DNA of 64,000 nucleotides from positions 32,001 through 96,000 of the forward strand of contig MTLP01000028.1 in assembly GCA_002009975.1 (NCBI GenBank), read 5' to 3'. The translations under genes and the position numbers were made by a program. The notes under the pieces are model-generated. The model worked only from the letters and a program-made list of their open reading frames with translations, was not told where the DNA came from and did not search any database. The first letter of the stretch is position 1; every line of letters starts with the position of its first letter. Of the stretch, positions 1 to 10,276 are shown piece after piece. The DNA is from Thermococcus sp. JdFR-02 (lineage in GTDB: Archaea > Methanobacteriota_B > Thermococci > Thermococcales > Thermococcaceae).

Positions 1-1340
1 AAAAACCATGCTAATCCTACACCAGCGGCGATGAAGTTACTCAAGCCCATTCCTAAAAAGACTCCAGTGGAAGATTTCATCACTATGTACCCAAAAATAT
101 AGCTTAGAGGAATTCTCAATCCCCAAAGACGGAACATATCTATAACCATAGACTTCTTTGTATGTCCAGCGCTTCTAAAAACATTTGTAACTACCATAAA
201 AACTCCATCGAATACAGGAACCGAAATGAGAAAATACTTCAAAACAATCCTGCTTTCTTCTATTACTGCTGGATCATCTAAAAAGAGCTTAAATACTGGA
301 ACTCTGAATATTGCAAGCAAAAGAACAGCAACACTTGCTATAGTGAAGTTAATCAGCATTGTTCTCTCAGCTATCTTTTTAGCTCTCTCATACTTTTCTG
401 CTCCTATATTTTGAGCTATCATCGTCCCCATAGCCATGGAAATTCCACGTGCTACGTTAGCTAAAAAGTTAACCAAACGGGTCGTGATTGTGTAAGCTGC
501 ATACGTAACATCTCCAAAGCCGAAGATAATTCTTGTTAAAACAACAAAACCAAAGCTGTTAGCTGAGGAGCCTATACTTGAAGGTAAACCAACTTTAAAG
601 ATTTTCTGGTAAAAATCAAAATCTGGTCTGAGGGTATCTCTCGTTAAGTGTAATCCAACTTTTCCAGTTAAAAGGAGATAAGCACCTATAACTGAGCCTA
701 TGCTATTTGAAAATATTGTTGCCAACGCTGCCCCTGTAACTTCCAATTTTGGAAAGCCAAAGAGCCCGAAAATGAGTATTGGGTCTAAGACCATGTTTAG
801 CCCGACAGTGAGGAAGCTTATTTTTACTGGTGTTTTTGTGTCCCCAACTGCCCTCATAAGGAAGCTGAAGGAGAAGAAAGTGAATGCAAAGGGTATTCCA
901 GCAAATATTACCCTAAGATACCCTAAGGCATAGGGATAAACAGTTGGAGTTACTTTCATAAAATTTAGTGCATAGGGAGATATCCAATAACCTACAATTG
1001 CAACGATAGATGCAAATATAAGCATGAGTGAATACAATGCGCCAGCGGCTTTGTTGGCTTTTTTATATTCTTCAGCTCCTATGTATTGTCCAACGAAGGC
1101 AAATCCTGCAGTTGTAAATCCCATACCCAAGCTCATCAAAGTCCCAATTAGTGGCCATGCTGTCCCTGGAGCTGATAATGCTTCTCTTCCAAGTTTGCCT
1201 AACCAAAATGTGTCGGTGATGTTATAAACCACCTGAATTAGGTTATTTACTATTAAAGGTCCCGCTAATCGGAGTAGTGTTCTCTCTATGCCCCCGCTGA
1301 CTATCTCCTCACGCATTTTTTGGATTTTTTCATCTTTCAT
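1..1340 (-). CDS. MATE family efflux transporter (3' end runs off the window)
   Basis: Not in the ORF track. ATG at 1340 reads MKDEKIQKMREEIVSGGIERTLLRLAGPLIVNNLIQVVYNITDTFWLGKLGREALSAPG, a close paralog of the 1373-2749 protein. Confidence 0.9.
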   Translation of the reverse strand, partial: MKDEKIQKMREEIVSGGIERTLLRLAGPLIVNNLIQVVYNITDTFWLGKLGREALSAPGTAWPLIGTLMSLGMGFTTAGFAFVGQYIGAEEYKKANKAAGALYSLMLIFASIVAIVGYWISPYALNFMKVTPTVYPYALGYLRVIFAGIPFAFTFFSFSFLMRAVGDTKTPVKISFLTVGLNMVLDPILIFGLFGFPKLEVTGAALATIFSNSIGSVIGAYLLLTGKVGLHLTRDTLRPDFDFYQKIFKVGLPSSIGSSANSFGFVVLTRIIFGFGDVTYAAYTITTRLVNFLANVARGISMAMGTMIAQNIGAEKYERAKKIAERTMLINFTIASVAVLLLAIFRVPVFKLFLDDPAVIEESRIVLKYFLISVPVFDGVFMVVTNVFRSAGHTKKSMVIDMFRLWGLRIPLSYIFGYIVMKSSTGVFLGMGLSNFIAAGVGLAWF

Positions 1341-1372
1341 GCTCAATCAGACAAAAATCGAAATGTTATGAT

Positions 1373-2749
1373 TTAAGTGTTGTGGTCTATGATGCGCCTC
1401 ATCCAAGTACCGCGGAAGAACCAGGCAAGAGCTATCAAAGCAGTGAGAAGATTGCTTAATCCCATACCAAGCCACACGCCAATAGTACTGTTAAAAAAGA
1501 TGCCCAAAGTATATGCAAGGGGTATTCTTAGAGCCCAGAGCCTTAGGATTCCAAGGATCATAGCCTTTTTGGTGTGTCCTGCGCTTTGGAAGACGTTACT
1601 TACAGCTGCGAGTATTCCAAAGAATGGCAGCGAGAATGCGAAGTACTTTATGAATCTCGCACTTTCAGCCAGAACAGCCTTATCCTTTATGAAAAAGCCA
1701 AAGATTTGAGGTCTGAAAATAACAACGAGGGCTGTTCCAATGCTTAGAATTATGAAGTTGGTAAACATTGCTTTTTCGGCTATCTCCTTTGCTCTCTCAT
1801 ACTTCTCCGCTCCAACGTTTTGACCTACCATGGTTCCCATGGCTTGACTTATGCCGTTGGCAAAAGCAAACATAAAGTTCGTTAATCTGTTAGCTATCGT
1901 GTATGTTGCAAAGGCTACAGTTCCATAGGCATAGATTATCCTTGTGAGGACCACGAATCCAAATGCATCTGTAGAGAAGCCAACACTTGAAGGCAATCCC
2001 ACTTTAAAGATTCGCTTATAGAATCCCCAGTCAGGTTTTAGGGTTTTGAGTGTGAGATGTATTCCAACTTTGCCCTTGAAGAGCAGATATCCGCCTATGA
2101 TGGAACCAATGCTGTTCGAAAACATAGTTGCCACTGCAGCCCCAATGACGCCCATTCTTGGGAAGCCAAGCCATCCAAAGATTAGTATCGGGTCTAGAAT
2201 TATGTTAAGAACGATGGTAAACATGTTTATCTTGACTGGTGTTTTAGTGTCCCCAACAGCCCTGAGAAGGAAGTTAAAGGCAAAGAGTGTGAAGGAAAAA
2301 GGAATTCCAATGAAGATTATTCTTATGTAACTTAGCGCGTAGGGATACACTTCAGGGGTAACGTTCATAAAGTCAAGAGCAAATGGAGCTATTATTATTC
2401 CAAAGAGAGCAACAAAAGCAGAGAACAACATCATCATGGAGTATAATGCACCGGCAGATCTGTTTGCTTCATCGTACTTCTTTGCACCTACATATTGACT
2501 CACAAAGGCAAATCCCGCAGTTGTGAATCCCATTCCAAGACTCATAAAGAACCATACTAGAGGCCAAGATGTACCAGGGGCAGAAAGTTCTTCTCTCCCA
2601 AGCTTGCCTAACCAAAATGTATCAGTTAAGTTGTAGAGAACTTGAACCATATTGTTGATGATTAGGGGATATGCCAGTCTAAGGAGGGTCTTTTCTATGC
2701 TGCCTTCAATGATTTCCTTGCGCATCACTTGAATTTTCTCTCCATTCAT
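1373..2749 (-). CDS. MATE family efflux transporter
   Basis: About 12 TM segments, MATE signatures YNLTDTFWLG, GDTKTP and VGQNVGA. ATG start at 2749 preferred. Confidence 0.93.
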   Translation of the reverse strand: MNGEKIQVMRKEIIEGSIEKTLLRLAYPLIINNMVQVLYNLTDTFWLGKLGREELSAPGTSWPLVWFFMSLGMGFTTAGFAFVSQYVGAKKYDEANRSAGALYSMMMLFSAFVALFGIIIAPFALDFMNVTPEVYPYALSYIRIIFIGIPFSFTLFAFNFLLRAVGDTKTPVKINMFTIVLNIILDPILIFGWLGFPRMGVIGAAVATMFSNSIGSIIGGYLLFKGKVGIHLTLKTLKPDWGFYKRIFKVGLPSSVGFSTDAFGFVVLTRIIYAYGTVAFATYTIANRLTNFMFAFANGISQAMGTMVGQNVGAEKYERAKEIAEKAMFTNFIILSIGTALVVIFRPQIFGFFIKDKAVLAESARFIKYFAFSLPFFGILAAVSNVFQSAGHTKKAMILGILRLWALRIPLAYTLGIFFNSTIGVWLGMGLSNLLTALIALAWFFRGTWMRRIIDHNT

Positions 2750-2941
2750 AACAATCAAATCCCAATCGAAACGTTATTATAAAAAGTTTATCGTGGACAA
2801 ATTATCCTAGATGACGAGAGGAGAATTTTTCTTTCTCGTTTTATGCTAACAATTCTCAATTAGTAGTTTATTCGAAAGAATAGCACGGAAGACAGCAAGT
2901 TATGAAAACAAATTAAACAAAAGGAGAAAAGTTAAGAGACC

Positions 2942-5308
2942 TCAGAAGAGGTCTTCCTCGTCCTTAAAGAGTTGCCTTCTTGCTGCTTCAAGCATGAGCT
3001 TTCTCTCTTCTTGGGCAACTACTTGTCTAATTAGTTGTACTGCATCTGGGTTAGCTGAGATACTGTCAATGCCAAGTCTTACTAAAATTCTCGCCATCTT
3101 TGGATCGCTTCCAGCTTGTCCACAGATGCTTGTCTCAAATCCGTACTTCTTAGCTACCTTGATGACGTACTTGATTAATCTAACAACTGCTGGGTGTGTC
3201 TCATCGTAGAGTTTTGCAACTCTCTCGTTGTCTCTATCTAATGCTAAGGTGTATTGTGTTAGGTCGTTTGTACCAAAGCTTATGAAGTCGATTCCTTCCT
3301 TAGCCAAGTCTTCGATGATTAAAGCAGCTGCTGGAACCTCAATCATGACACCAAAGGCAACATCCTTGTGTGGCTCTAAGCCAACCTCTCTTGCGATCCT
3401 CTTAGCCTCTCTAAGCTCTTCAACTCTGCTTACTAATGGAAGCATTACACCGACGTTGTTATAACCTTCTTCGACGACCTTCTTGATTGCTGTGAACTCT
3501 GCCTTAAGCAATTCTGGTTGATCAATGCTTCTTCTAATTCCTCTCCATCCAAGCATTGGGTTTCTTTCGTCTGGCTCGTCTTCTCCACCTGGCATTTCCT
3601 TGAACTCGTTTGTTGGGGCATCTAATGTTCTATACCAGACTGGTCTTGGATAGAATGCAGCTGCAACGGTTCTAATTCCATCGGCTAATCTCTCAACAAG
3701 CTCATCAAATTTACCTTCCTTAATGAACTTGATTGGGTGTTGTCCAATTGTTAAGATCATGTGCTCTGCTCTTAGCAATCCAACACCATCTGCACCTGTG
3801 GCAGCTGCTCTCTCAGCTACCTCTGGCATTGAAACGTTAACTTTAATTAGTGTTCCAGTTACTAATGGAGCACCTGCAACTACTGCTCCTGCAGCGGCTT
3901 TTTCTTCCTCTTTCTTCTCGACCAAGCTCTTTACAATACCCTTGTAAACTAAACCTCTTCCACCATCAACTGTTACATAGTCACCAGTCTTGAGTACTTT
4001 TGTTGCTTCTTTTGTACCAACTACACATGGAATTCCAAGCTCTCTTGAAACGATAGCTGCGTGGCTTGTTCTTCCACCTTCGTCTGTAATGATTGCTGCT
4101 GCTCTCTTCATTGCTGGAACCATATCTGGGTTTGTCATTGTTGTGACTAAAATATCTCCTTCCTTAACCTTGTCAATTTCATCAGCTTCGAAGATAACGA
4201 CAACTTTACCAGCACCGATACCTGGTGAAGCACCTAATCCCTTAAGAATAATTTCAGCTTCTTCAGTCATTTCAGCAGCCTCCTCAGTTGTGACCTCTTT
4301 TAATGTGGTAACAGGTCTTGATTGGACAATGTAAAGCTTACCATCATCCTTATCATAAGCCCACTCAATATCTTGTGGCCATCCATAGTGCTCCTCAATC
4401 TTTTGTCCAATCTTAGCAACCTCAATAACTTGCTCATCTGTGAGACATTGCTTCTCAACCCACTCTGGACCTAGGAAGTCAGCAACTTTAACGTAAATTG
4501 TTCCCTTTCCAGTCTCTGGGTTCCTAACAACCATAACTTCCTTCTTGGCGATGAATTTCTCCTTAATTGTCCATGTCTTCTTGTCAACTATGTACTCATC
4601 TGGGGTGACTGAACCGCTAACAACTGCCTCACCTAATCCCCAAGAAGCGTTGATCATTATCTCATCTCTATTGTTGTTAACTGGGTTAGCTGTGAACATA
4701 ACACCGCTCTTTTCACTGTTAACCATCTTTTGAACAACAGCACTTAAGTAAACCTTTGTGTGGTCAAATCCTTGCTTCTCTCTATAGAATGTAGCTCTTG
4801 CTGTCCAAAGTGAAGCCCAACACTTCTTAACTTTCTCAATAACATCATCTGCACCAAGAACATCTAAATAGGTTTCTTGTTGTCCAGCAAATGAAGCCTC
4901 TGGTAAGTCCTCAGCTGTTGCAGAGCTTCTAACTGCAACGTAGACTGCATCTTTGTTAAACCTTGCACTTAGCTCTTTGTAAGCTTCTCTGATTTCCTTT
5001 TCAATCTCTTCGGGCATTGGAAGTGAAATAATCTTTTCTCTAATTTTAGCGGTGTTCTCTTGCAATTGCTTTGAGTCATCAACGTTTGTTTCTTTAATAA
5101 CGTCCATAATCCACTCTTGCAAAGTTCTTCCATCTTCGACTTTAACATTCTCGACGAAGTATTTGTATGCTTCAGCAGTAACACAGAATCCTGGTGGAAC
5201 TGGAATTCCAACACTTGTCATTTCTCCAAGGTTTGCGCCCTTTCCACCAACGAGTGGAACGTCTGTTTTTCTCAATTCCTCAAACCACTTTATGAATTTG
5301 TATGCCAT
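2942..5308 (-). CDS. ppsA: Phosphoenolpyruvate synthase
   Basis: VGGKGANLGE, VRSSATAED, GGRTSHAAI phospho-His, FGTNDLTQ and ICGQ motifs. Confidence 0.97.
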   Translation of the reverse strand: MAYKFIKWFEELRKTDVPLVGGKGANLGEMTSVGIPVPPGFCVTAEAYKYFVENVKVEDGRTLQEWIMDVIKETNVDDSKQLQENTAKIREKIISLPMPEEIEKEIREAYKELSARFNKDAVYVAVRSSATAEDLPEASFAGQQETYLDVLGADDVIEKVKKCWASLWTARATFYREKQGFDHTKVYLSAVVQKMVNSEKSGVMFTANPVNNNRDEIMINASWGLGEAVVSGSVTPDEYIVDKKTWTIKEKFIAKKEVMVVRNPETGKGTIYVKVADFLGPEWVEKQCLTDEQVIEVAKIGQKIEEHYGWPQDIEWAYDKDDGKLYIVQSRPVTTLKEVTTEEAAEMTEEAEIILKGLGASPGIGAGKVVVIFEADEIDKVKEGDILVTTMTNPDMVPAMKRAAAIITDEGGRTSHAAIVSRELGIPCVVGTKEATKVLKTGDYVTVDGGRGLVYKGIVKSLVEKKEEEKAAAGAVVAGAPLVTGTLIKVNVSMPEVAERAAATGADGVGLLRAEHMILTIGQHPIKFIKEGKFDELVERLADGIRTVAAAFYPRPVWYRTLDAPTNEFKEMPGGEDEPDERNPMLGWRGIRRSIDQPELLKAEFTAIKKVVEEGYNNVGVMLPLVSRVEELREAKRIAREVGLEPHKDVAFGVMIEVPAAALIIEDLAKEGIDFISFGTNDLTQYTLALDRDNERVAKLYDETHPAVVRLIKYVIKVAKKYGFETSICGQAGSDPKMARILVRLGIDSISANPDAVQLIRQVVAQEERKLMLEAARRQLFKDEEDLF

Positions 5309-5328
5309 CTCAATCCCTCCATTTTTAG

Positions 5329-5345
5329 AATAACCGTTGGTGATA
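5329..5345 (-). promoter_or_regulatory. TGM (TrmBL1/Tgr) site downstream of the ppsA TATA box
   Basis: Minus strand TATCAC-CAACG-GTTATT versus consensus TATCAC-N5-GTGATA. TATA TTTAAATA lies at about 5357-5364. Confidence 0.75.
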
Positions 5346-5457
5346 TACGGGGGAGGCTATTTAAAATTAACTGTTCAAGTGTGGTTTTTATATCTGTAAA
5401 ACAAAAAAGAAGCTTTTCCTTTGCAAAAAATAGACCAAAAAAATTTTGGCTAAAGAC

Positions 5458-7902
5458 TCAGAAAGAATGAAGTTCTAAAATGATCTCCAATGTATCTAAT
5501 GCACTTTCAAGACCATAACTGTACTCCAATGCTCTCAAAATGTCAAGGGTAGCTTGCAGTGGGCGTGGTTCTTTTTGTAGGTCAAATGTTTCTTTAATGA
5601 TTCTCAGGAGTTGCTCTTCCCTGTCTTTTAGCCCAGCAACGTGATATATGAAGAGAACGTTTGCATAAGTTGCCCTTGAATAGCCATATCCCGACTCTCC
5701 CTTAAATCTCCCATTTTCTTCTTGTTGGGTTGTTATCCATTCAGCGGCTCTTTTAACGGCTTCTAATGCTCTCTCATCTCCACTCAATTGATAGTACCTT
5801 GCTAAACCAAACGCTACTGCTATCGTTCCCCCCAAACTTGTTTTCTTCCATTGTCCATTGTCCTCTTGCTTCTCTAGGATTTTTTCAATGATATTTTGGG
5901 TTGTGGTTTCATTTAACACCCCAAGTTCATAGAGAATTGGCAGCATTTGGGCTTCTGCTATTAAATCGCCTTTCGTGTCTTTTGGTGTGGTCATGATGTA
6001 ATCTTCCTTTGTTCTTTCTTTCAGAAGGTTTAGTGCTTTTTGTTTTCCATCAAAGGGTAGATCTTTTAGTGACTCCATAGTTAGCGTTGTATATAATGTG
6101 AAGTCATTTGGTGGGATTCCCTCTATAAATCCACCGTTTTCGAGCTGTTTATAGGCTAACCATTTAAGGAGCCATTCATATCTCTCTTTTAATTTTTCAT
6201 TTCCAGTTTCTTTGTAAAGATAAGCATAGAGCTTTGCAATTCTAGCATTTAAATAATAGTCGCCTTTATATCCCTCATCAAAATCTGCATAATTATAACC
6301 AGTCCAGAACTTTTCTAAAAATCTTATTATGCCTGAATACTTCCCGCTGTATTCTATTTTGTCCATATCTTTTGGATTTAATGCTGGATTTGGAATATAC
6401 TTATAAACCTCAGAGTTTCCATTAACGAAGAGCGTTTTGAAGTGAGTATCATAAGTTACATATTCAAGAAGTCCGTATTTCAACAATCCCAGAGTTCTCA
6501 TTCTTCTGTCAGTATAGATGTAAGTTGCGTTGTATTTCTCTATTAGTTTGTAAGCTCTCTCCCTTTGGACGGTTCCAAATATTGTGACGACATCGTTGTA
6601 TGCTTGGATTGCCTCTCTTGGATCTGGGGCTTCACCCATAAAGCCTTGATAAACTTTCTTCCACATCACTATATCTTTTCTATGGGTGTTCCCAATTAAT
6701 AGATATCCAACATCCCACCATGTTAAAAAAGTTGCATCCGTTGGCGTGTTTTCTTTAATCCATTCAAAAGCTTCCTTGTCCTTTACAGTTGGTGGGATTA
6801 TGTACTTATACGAGGAATAGGCACCTTGAGCGATAGGAGTTAGAATCAATAACGCTATTACCAGAGCTTTCATTTTTTTGCTTAAAATAACGCTTCTGAA
6901 TAAGCTCGAACCTCTTCCCTTTATATCCTTAATAACTATGTAAAAAATCTCCTCAAGCTTTGGAATTAGCTCATCGTAAATGAACTCTGCAGCCATTATT
7001 GAGAGCGGAAAGCTGGCATAGGGATCTCTAAATCTAAAAGCAACGCTGCCTAAAATTAGAAATATCCATGCCCAGAGTGCAATCCCCTTTCTCACAACAT
7101 CTCTCTCTAAGTATCTCTTTGTTGCCAATGTTCCAAACAGTAACTGAATGACCCCAATCCATTTGAAATATCCTAAAGCACTAACTTCCTCTCTTGGCAT
7201 TCTAAGCAAAAGTCCAGCTATGAACCTGTTGATAGGTGGCAAAAAGTAAAGCACTACTCCTACTATAATGATGAGAGCAAAGTAGTGAAGATTCCTCTTG
7301 ATCCATGGAAGCAGGTAGATTAGAATCATTATACCAATGACGCTTATGAAGAACACCCAGCCTCTATGGGTAACCATGTAAATTGGGATTAGAACTGCCA
7401 CACTCACCAAATATCTGATATCTTGACGTCTTAGGAATCTAATAAAGAGAAGCATGCCTATTGTAAACAGAAGAAGTCCTAAGTTTTCGGGAATGTAAAG
7501 GCTACTCCTGTACACAAAATTTGGGGCAAAGGCTAACAAAAGTGTTGCTAAGAAAGCTTTTTTCCCGCTTTTTAGTATTTCTTTAGAAAGGTAATAAAAA
7601 GCGGTTATAGTTAAGACTCCATAAATTGCTGGTAAGAGAAAGAAGGTGTAATCACTTGGGAAAATTTTGTAGATAACTGCACCGATTATATGGAAGAGCG
7701 GAGGATAGCTATAGGCTTTTAGTCCGAGGAGAGAACTTAAGTCTTTTGAAATTACCCCAAATCCTTCGTTAACTATTCTTAATGTAATGTCCCTGTGTAG
7801 GTATTCGTCATACGTAGCCAATAAGAGGTTTCTGTGAGGAATGAGGCGTATAATGAAAGATATGACGATTAAAATTGAGAGATATGCTTTTTCTCTCTTC
7901 AT
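5458..7902 (-). CDS. AglB/STT3-like GT-C membrane glycosyltransferase with C-terminal alpha/alpha-toroid (prenyltransferase/terpene cyclase-like) repeats
   Basis: N-terminal polytopic domain with YDEYLH, the STT3-like TWWDVGY motif, and QW-like repeats (WLAYKQLENGGF, KQEDNGQW, WITTQQEENGRF). Confidence 0.75.
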   Translation of the reverse strand: MKREKAYLSILIVISFIIRLIPHRNLLLATYDEYLHRDITLRIVNEGFGVISKDLSSLLGLKAYSYPPLFHIIGAVIYKIFPSDYTFFLLPAIYGVLTITAFYYLSKEILKSGKKAFLATLLLAFAPNFVYRSSLYIPENLGLLLFTIGMLLFIRFLRRQDIRYLVSVAVLIPIYMVTHRGWVFFISVIGIMILIYLLPWIKRNLHYFALIIIVGVVLYFLPPINRFIAGLLLRMPREEVSALGYFKWIGVIQLLFGTLATKRYLERDVVRKGIALWAWIFLILGSVAFRFRDPYASFPLSIMAAEFIYDELIPKLEEIFYIVIKDIKGRGSSLFRSVILSKKMKALVIALLILTPIAQGAYSSYKYIIPPTVKDKEAFEWIKENTPTDATFLTWWDVGYLLIGNTHRKDIVMWKKVYQGFMGEAPDPREAIQAYNDVVTIFGTVQRERAYKLIEKYNATYIYTDRRMRTLGLLKYGLLEYVTYDTHFKTLFVNGNSEVYKYIPNPALNPKDMDKIEYSGKYSGIIRFLEKFWTGYNYADFDEGYKGDYYLNARIAKLYAYLYKETGNEKLKERYEWLLKWLAYKQLENGGFIEGIPPNDFTLYTTLTMESLKDLPFDGKQKALNLLKERTKEDYIMTTPKDTKGDLIAEAQMLPILYELGVLNETTTQNIIEKILEKQEDNGQWKKTSLGGTIAVAFGLARYYQLSGDERALEAVKRAAEWITTQQEENGRFKGESGYGYSRATYANVLFIYHVAGLKDREEQLLRIIKETFDLQKEPRPLQATLDILRALEYSYGLESALDTLEIILELHSF

Positions 7903-7958
7903 TTTTGATACCCCTTAACTTTTTTAAGTTTTTAACCCACCTAACTATTGGTGGTGTA

Positions 7959-8996
7959 ATGAGGGACTTAAAACTCTTTAGTTTGGCTTTTTTCAGTTAC
8001 CTCCTCTTAACTCTTTATGCTAATATCTTTCTTAAACCTAAGCTTTATGCAGTGAATTTGGACATGTCGAGAATATGGATAGCTACACTTATAGCACTTA
8101 CTTTTTACCTTTCTTTTGTCTTTGGATATTTTAAACCCATAAAGCTTCCCAAATATGTTTACTGGTTTATTGTTTTTATTCTATCCTTCGCTTTTGTTCC
8201 TTATGGACCAGTGACTGCTCTTTTATTCGTTTCCGCATACTTTGTCTATAAAGAGAGGTTATTTGAAAGATTTTCTTATTTCGCATTTTTTCTGGGTTTA
8301 GCAGTTGTTCTCTTTTCTTATTATTACGTTGGCATTCCCCTATTGAACTGGGAGGTTAGGTTCATCCTCTCCAAGATTCTTGTCTTATCTTCAGTTCTTT
8401 TCACCATTGGAATAGTTTATGTGGATAATCAAAAAGTTAAAGCTCTATTATTTATAATTGCGGAGATTCTTGCATTTTTGGGTACTTTTCGGTCTCTCAT
8501 GCTTTTGATATTTGTAGCATACTTTGTTCCCTATTACCTAAAAAATAAGGTAGATTTGAGATTGATAAGCCTCTTAACGCTAATTGGTTTAGCCTTGCTG
8601 TATCTGAGTGATAATCTAACCTCCTTGTTAGTGAGGATAGGTTTTACTTTTTTAGTTTTCCATAATTTGGTTAATATTTCTCTTCCTTTTGGATTTTTTC
8701 ATGGTTCTTTGCTCTTAAATTCTGATCCAAGGTGGAGAGTGGCTTTTATGTTTACTCTAAATGGGAGCTATACCTATTTTCTCTTTGGACAACCAATAGC
8801 GGATTTTGGAATTCTTGGAATTTTGGAGGCTTATTTGTTGGGAGTTCTGCTTAGACTGTCCAATAGGGATTTAAGGGGGAATGTAATGGTTCTCTCGCTT
8901 TTAATTTATGCTATAGAAACAGGTTTAGATGCATTCCTTCTCTCAAGTCTAATTCTTTTTGGTGGCATATTTTCTAAGGGTGAAGTACAAAGTTAA
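7959..8996 (+). CDS. Polytopic membrane protein, oligosaccharide repeat-unit polymerase (Wzy/O-antigen ligase-like)
   Basis: About 10-11 TM segments, GTFRS and YTYFLFGQPIADFGILG motifs. ATG at 7959 follows GGTGGTG. Confidence 0.6.
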   Translation: MRDLKLFSLAFFSYLLLTLYANIFLKPKLYAVNLDMSRIWIATLIALTFYLSFVFGYFKPIKLPKYVYWFIVFILSFAFVPYGPVTALLFVSAYFVYKERLFERFSYFAFFLGLAVVLFSYYYVGIPLLNWEVRFILSKILVLSSVLFTIGIVYVDNQKVKALLFIIAEILAFLGTFRSLMLLIFVAYFVPYYLKNKVDLRLISLLTLIGLALLYLSDNLTSLLVRIGFTFLVFHNLVNISLPFGFFHGSLLLNSDPRWRVAFMFTLNGSYTYFLFGQPIADFGILGILEAYLLGVLLRLSNRDLRGNVMVLSLLIYAIETGLDAFLLSSLILFGGIFSKGEVQS

Positions 8997-9032
8997 ATAC
9001 CCAAAGGGTAAAGCCTCCTTAAGGTGGGAGCA

Positions 9033-10265
9033 ATGAAGAGAAAGGGGATACTAATAATAGCTGATGGAATTGGAGATAGACCAATTAAAGAGCTTGAGTG
9101 GAAAACACCGGTGGAGCATGCAAATACGCCAAATCTCAATAGGTTAGCAAAGCTTGGCATTTGTGGAATGCAAGATCCAATTTTTCCGGGACAGCCAGCA
9201 GGGAGTGATACAGCCCATTTATCTTTACTTGGCTATGATCCATATCAAACTTATAGGGGAAGGGGTTATTACGAAGCATTGGGTGCCGGAATAGATGTTA
9301 AGGAAGAGGATTTGGCTTTTAGAGTAAACTTTGCGACTATTGAAAATGGGATAATTATTGATAGGAGAGCAGGAAGAATTTCAACGGAGGAAGCCCATGA
9401 GCTAGTCAAGGCAATACAGGAGAACGTTAAACTACCAGTGGAGTTCATTTTCAAAGGAGCAACCTCTCATAGGGCAGTTTTGGTTCTTAGAGGATTGGCT
9501 GAAGGTTACAAAGTTGGAGAAAATGATCCGCACGTTGAAGGAAGGTCACCTCATAAGTTTGACTATGAAGATGAAGCAAGCAAAAGAACAGCGGAGATTT
9601 TAGAGGAATTTGTAAGACAAGCTCATGAAATCCTTGATAATCATCCAATAAATGAAAAGAGAAGAAAGGAAGGAAAGCCCGTTGCAAATTATCTCCTCAT
9701 TAGAGGTGCTGGAACTGCTCCAAAGATTCCAAAGAAATTCCCAGAGCAGTGGAAAGTTAGAGCTGGTGCAATTGTTGCCGTTGCTTTAGTTAGAGGTGTC
9801 TTGAGGGCAGTTGGGTTTGAAATAATCGAAGTTCTAGGGATTACGGGGGAATACGATACAGATGAAATGGCAAAGGCAAAAGCCGTTGTTGAGGCTTTAA
9901 AAGACTATGATTTCATATTCGTTCATTTCAAGCCAACAGACGCTGCTGGTCATGATGGTAATTATGCAAAAAAGATTGAGATGATTAAAAAACTCGATAG
10001 AATGGTTGGTTACATATTAGACAATGTTGACTTAGAAAAGACGATTATTGCTTTAACAGGTGATCATTCAACGCCATGTGAAGTTAAAAACCACTCTGGA
10101 GACCCGGTTCCCGTAGTTATTGCAGGTGGAGGAGTAAGGATAGATGATATCCAAGAGTTCGGCGAAAGGGCTTGTGCCAAAGGTGGTTTGGGGAGAATCA
10201 ACGGCAAATACATCGTTCCAATAATGATGAATTTGATGGGAAGGGCTGAGAAATATGGGGCTTAG
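9033..10265 (+). CDS. apgM: 2,3-bisphosphoglycerate-independent phosphoglycerate mutase
   Basis: DGIGDRP, GSDTAHL, TDAAGHDG and TGDHSTP motifs. Confidence 0.95.
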   Translation: MKRKGILIIADGIGDRPIKELEWKTPVEHANTPNLNRLAKLGICGMQDPIFPGQPAGSDTAHLSLLGYDPYQTYRGRGYYEALGAGIDVKEEDLAFRVNFATIENGIIIDRRAGRISTEEAHELVKAIQENVKLPVEFIFKGATSHRAVLVLRGLAEGYKVGENDPHVEGRSPHKFDYEDEASKRTAEILEEFVRQAHEILDNHPINEKRRKEGKPVANYLLIRGAGTAPKIPKKFPEQWKVRAGAIVAVALVRGVLRAVGFEIIEVLGITGEYDTDEMAKAKAVVEALKDYDFIFVHFKPTDAAGHDGNYAKKIEMIKKLDRMVGYILDNVDLEKTIIALTGDHSTPCEVKNHSGDPVPVVIAGGGVRIDDIQEFGERACAKGGLGRINGKYIVPIMMNLMGRAEKYGA

Positions 10266-10276
10266 CTCTCTATTTT

